A stretch of DNA of 32,000 bases from Okeania sp. GTDB lineage: Bacteria; Cyanobacteriota; Cyanobacteriia; Cyanobacteriales; Microcoleaceae. Location of the stretch: the NCBI RefSeq assembly GCF_035285525.1, contig NZ_JAYKGW010000151.1:1-32000 (forward strand), given 5' to 3'. Below the pieces are notes generated by a model. That model worked only from the letters and a program-made list of their open reading frames with translations. It made no database searches and was not told the origin of the DNA. Shown in pieces: positions 31,999 through 32,000 of the stretch; position 1 is the stretch's first letter; the number at the start of each line of letters is the position of its first letter. The position numbers and the translations under genes are program-made.

Positions 31999-32000
31999 CT

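Noticed and set aside
1-32000. tRNA, rRNA, tmRNA, RNase P or riboswitch genes
   Set aside because: Scanning by eye found no GTTCGAATC/GGTTCAAAT-type T-arm motifs with matching acceptor stems and no recognisable conserved ncRNA cores. A covariance-model scan (tRNAscan-SE or Infernal/Rfam) would be needed to exclude them formally.

Overview
This 32-kb chromosomal segment looks like a filamentous, heterocyst-forming cyanobacterium (Nostocales type). Supporting signs: it is AT-rich, carries 16 copies of the HIP1 octamer GCGATCGC, has heptameric STRR-like tandem repeats and a HetF-like CHAT protease gene, and its intergenic DNA is packed with short hairpin or MITE-like repeat families.

Layout:
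- 0.1-10.6 kb: mostly intact conserved genes. These are an M14 carboxypeptidase, 5-formyl-THF cyclo-ligase, scpB, rpmI-rplT, a TPR protein, an LRAT/PspA-like fusion, a polytopic membrane protein, a Uma2 nuclease and an SDR split by a CIA30 domain.
- 10.6-14.3 kb: a small accessory islet with a GC-richer TerB-like gene, an AT-rich orphan, a broken Rpn/PD-(D/E)XK transposase-like gene and MITEs.
- 14.3-20.8 kb: the HetF-like gene with a 1.27-kb ORF-free upstream region, an HxlR regulator and a DUF1400 alpha/beta hydrolase.
- 20.8-26.8 kb: a decaying sulfotransferase/glycan-modification cluster. It holds a PIN remnant, three tandem TPR-sulfotransferase units at different stages of decay, a DxD protein, and a ~2.5-kb gene with several lesions plus a G12 tract.
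- 26.8-32 kb: a small protein, a HEAT-repeat protein, a CBS-pair protein, a thioredoxin-like 2Fe-2S ferredoxin, an alpha/beta hydrolase and an anti-sigma-type kinase.

I found no rRNA, tRNA or CRISPR array. I do not see an intact, clearly novel multi-gene system. The best leads are the hetF upstream region (possible NsiR1-type sRNA), the LRAT-PspA fusion, the staged decay of the sulfotransferase array, and the structured repeat families that sit in 5' leaders.

All protein calls come from motif recognition by eye in the supplied translations. No database search was run.
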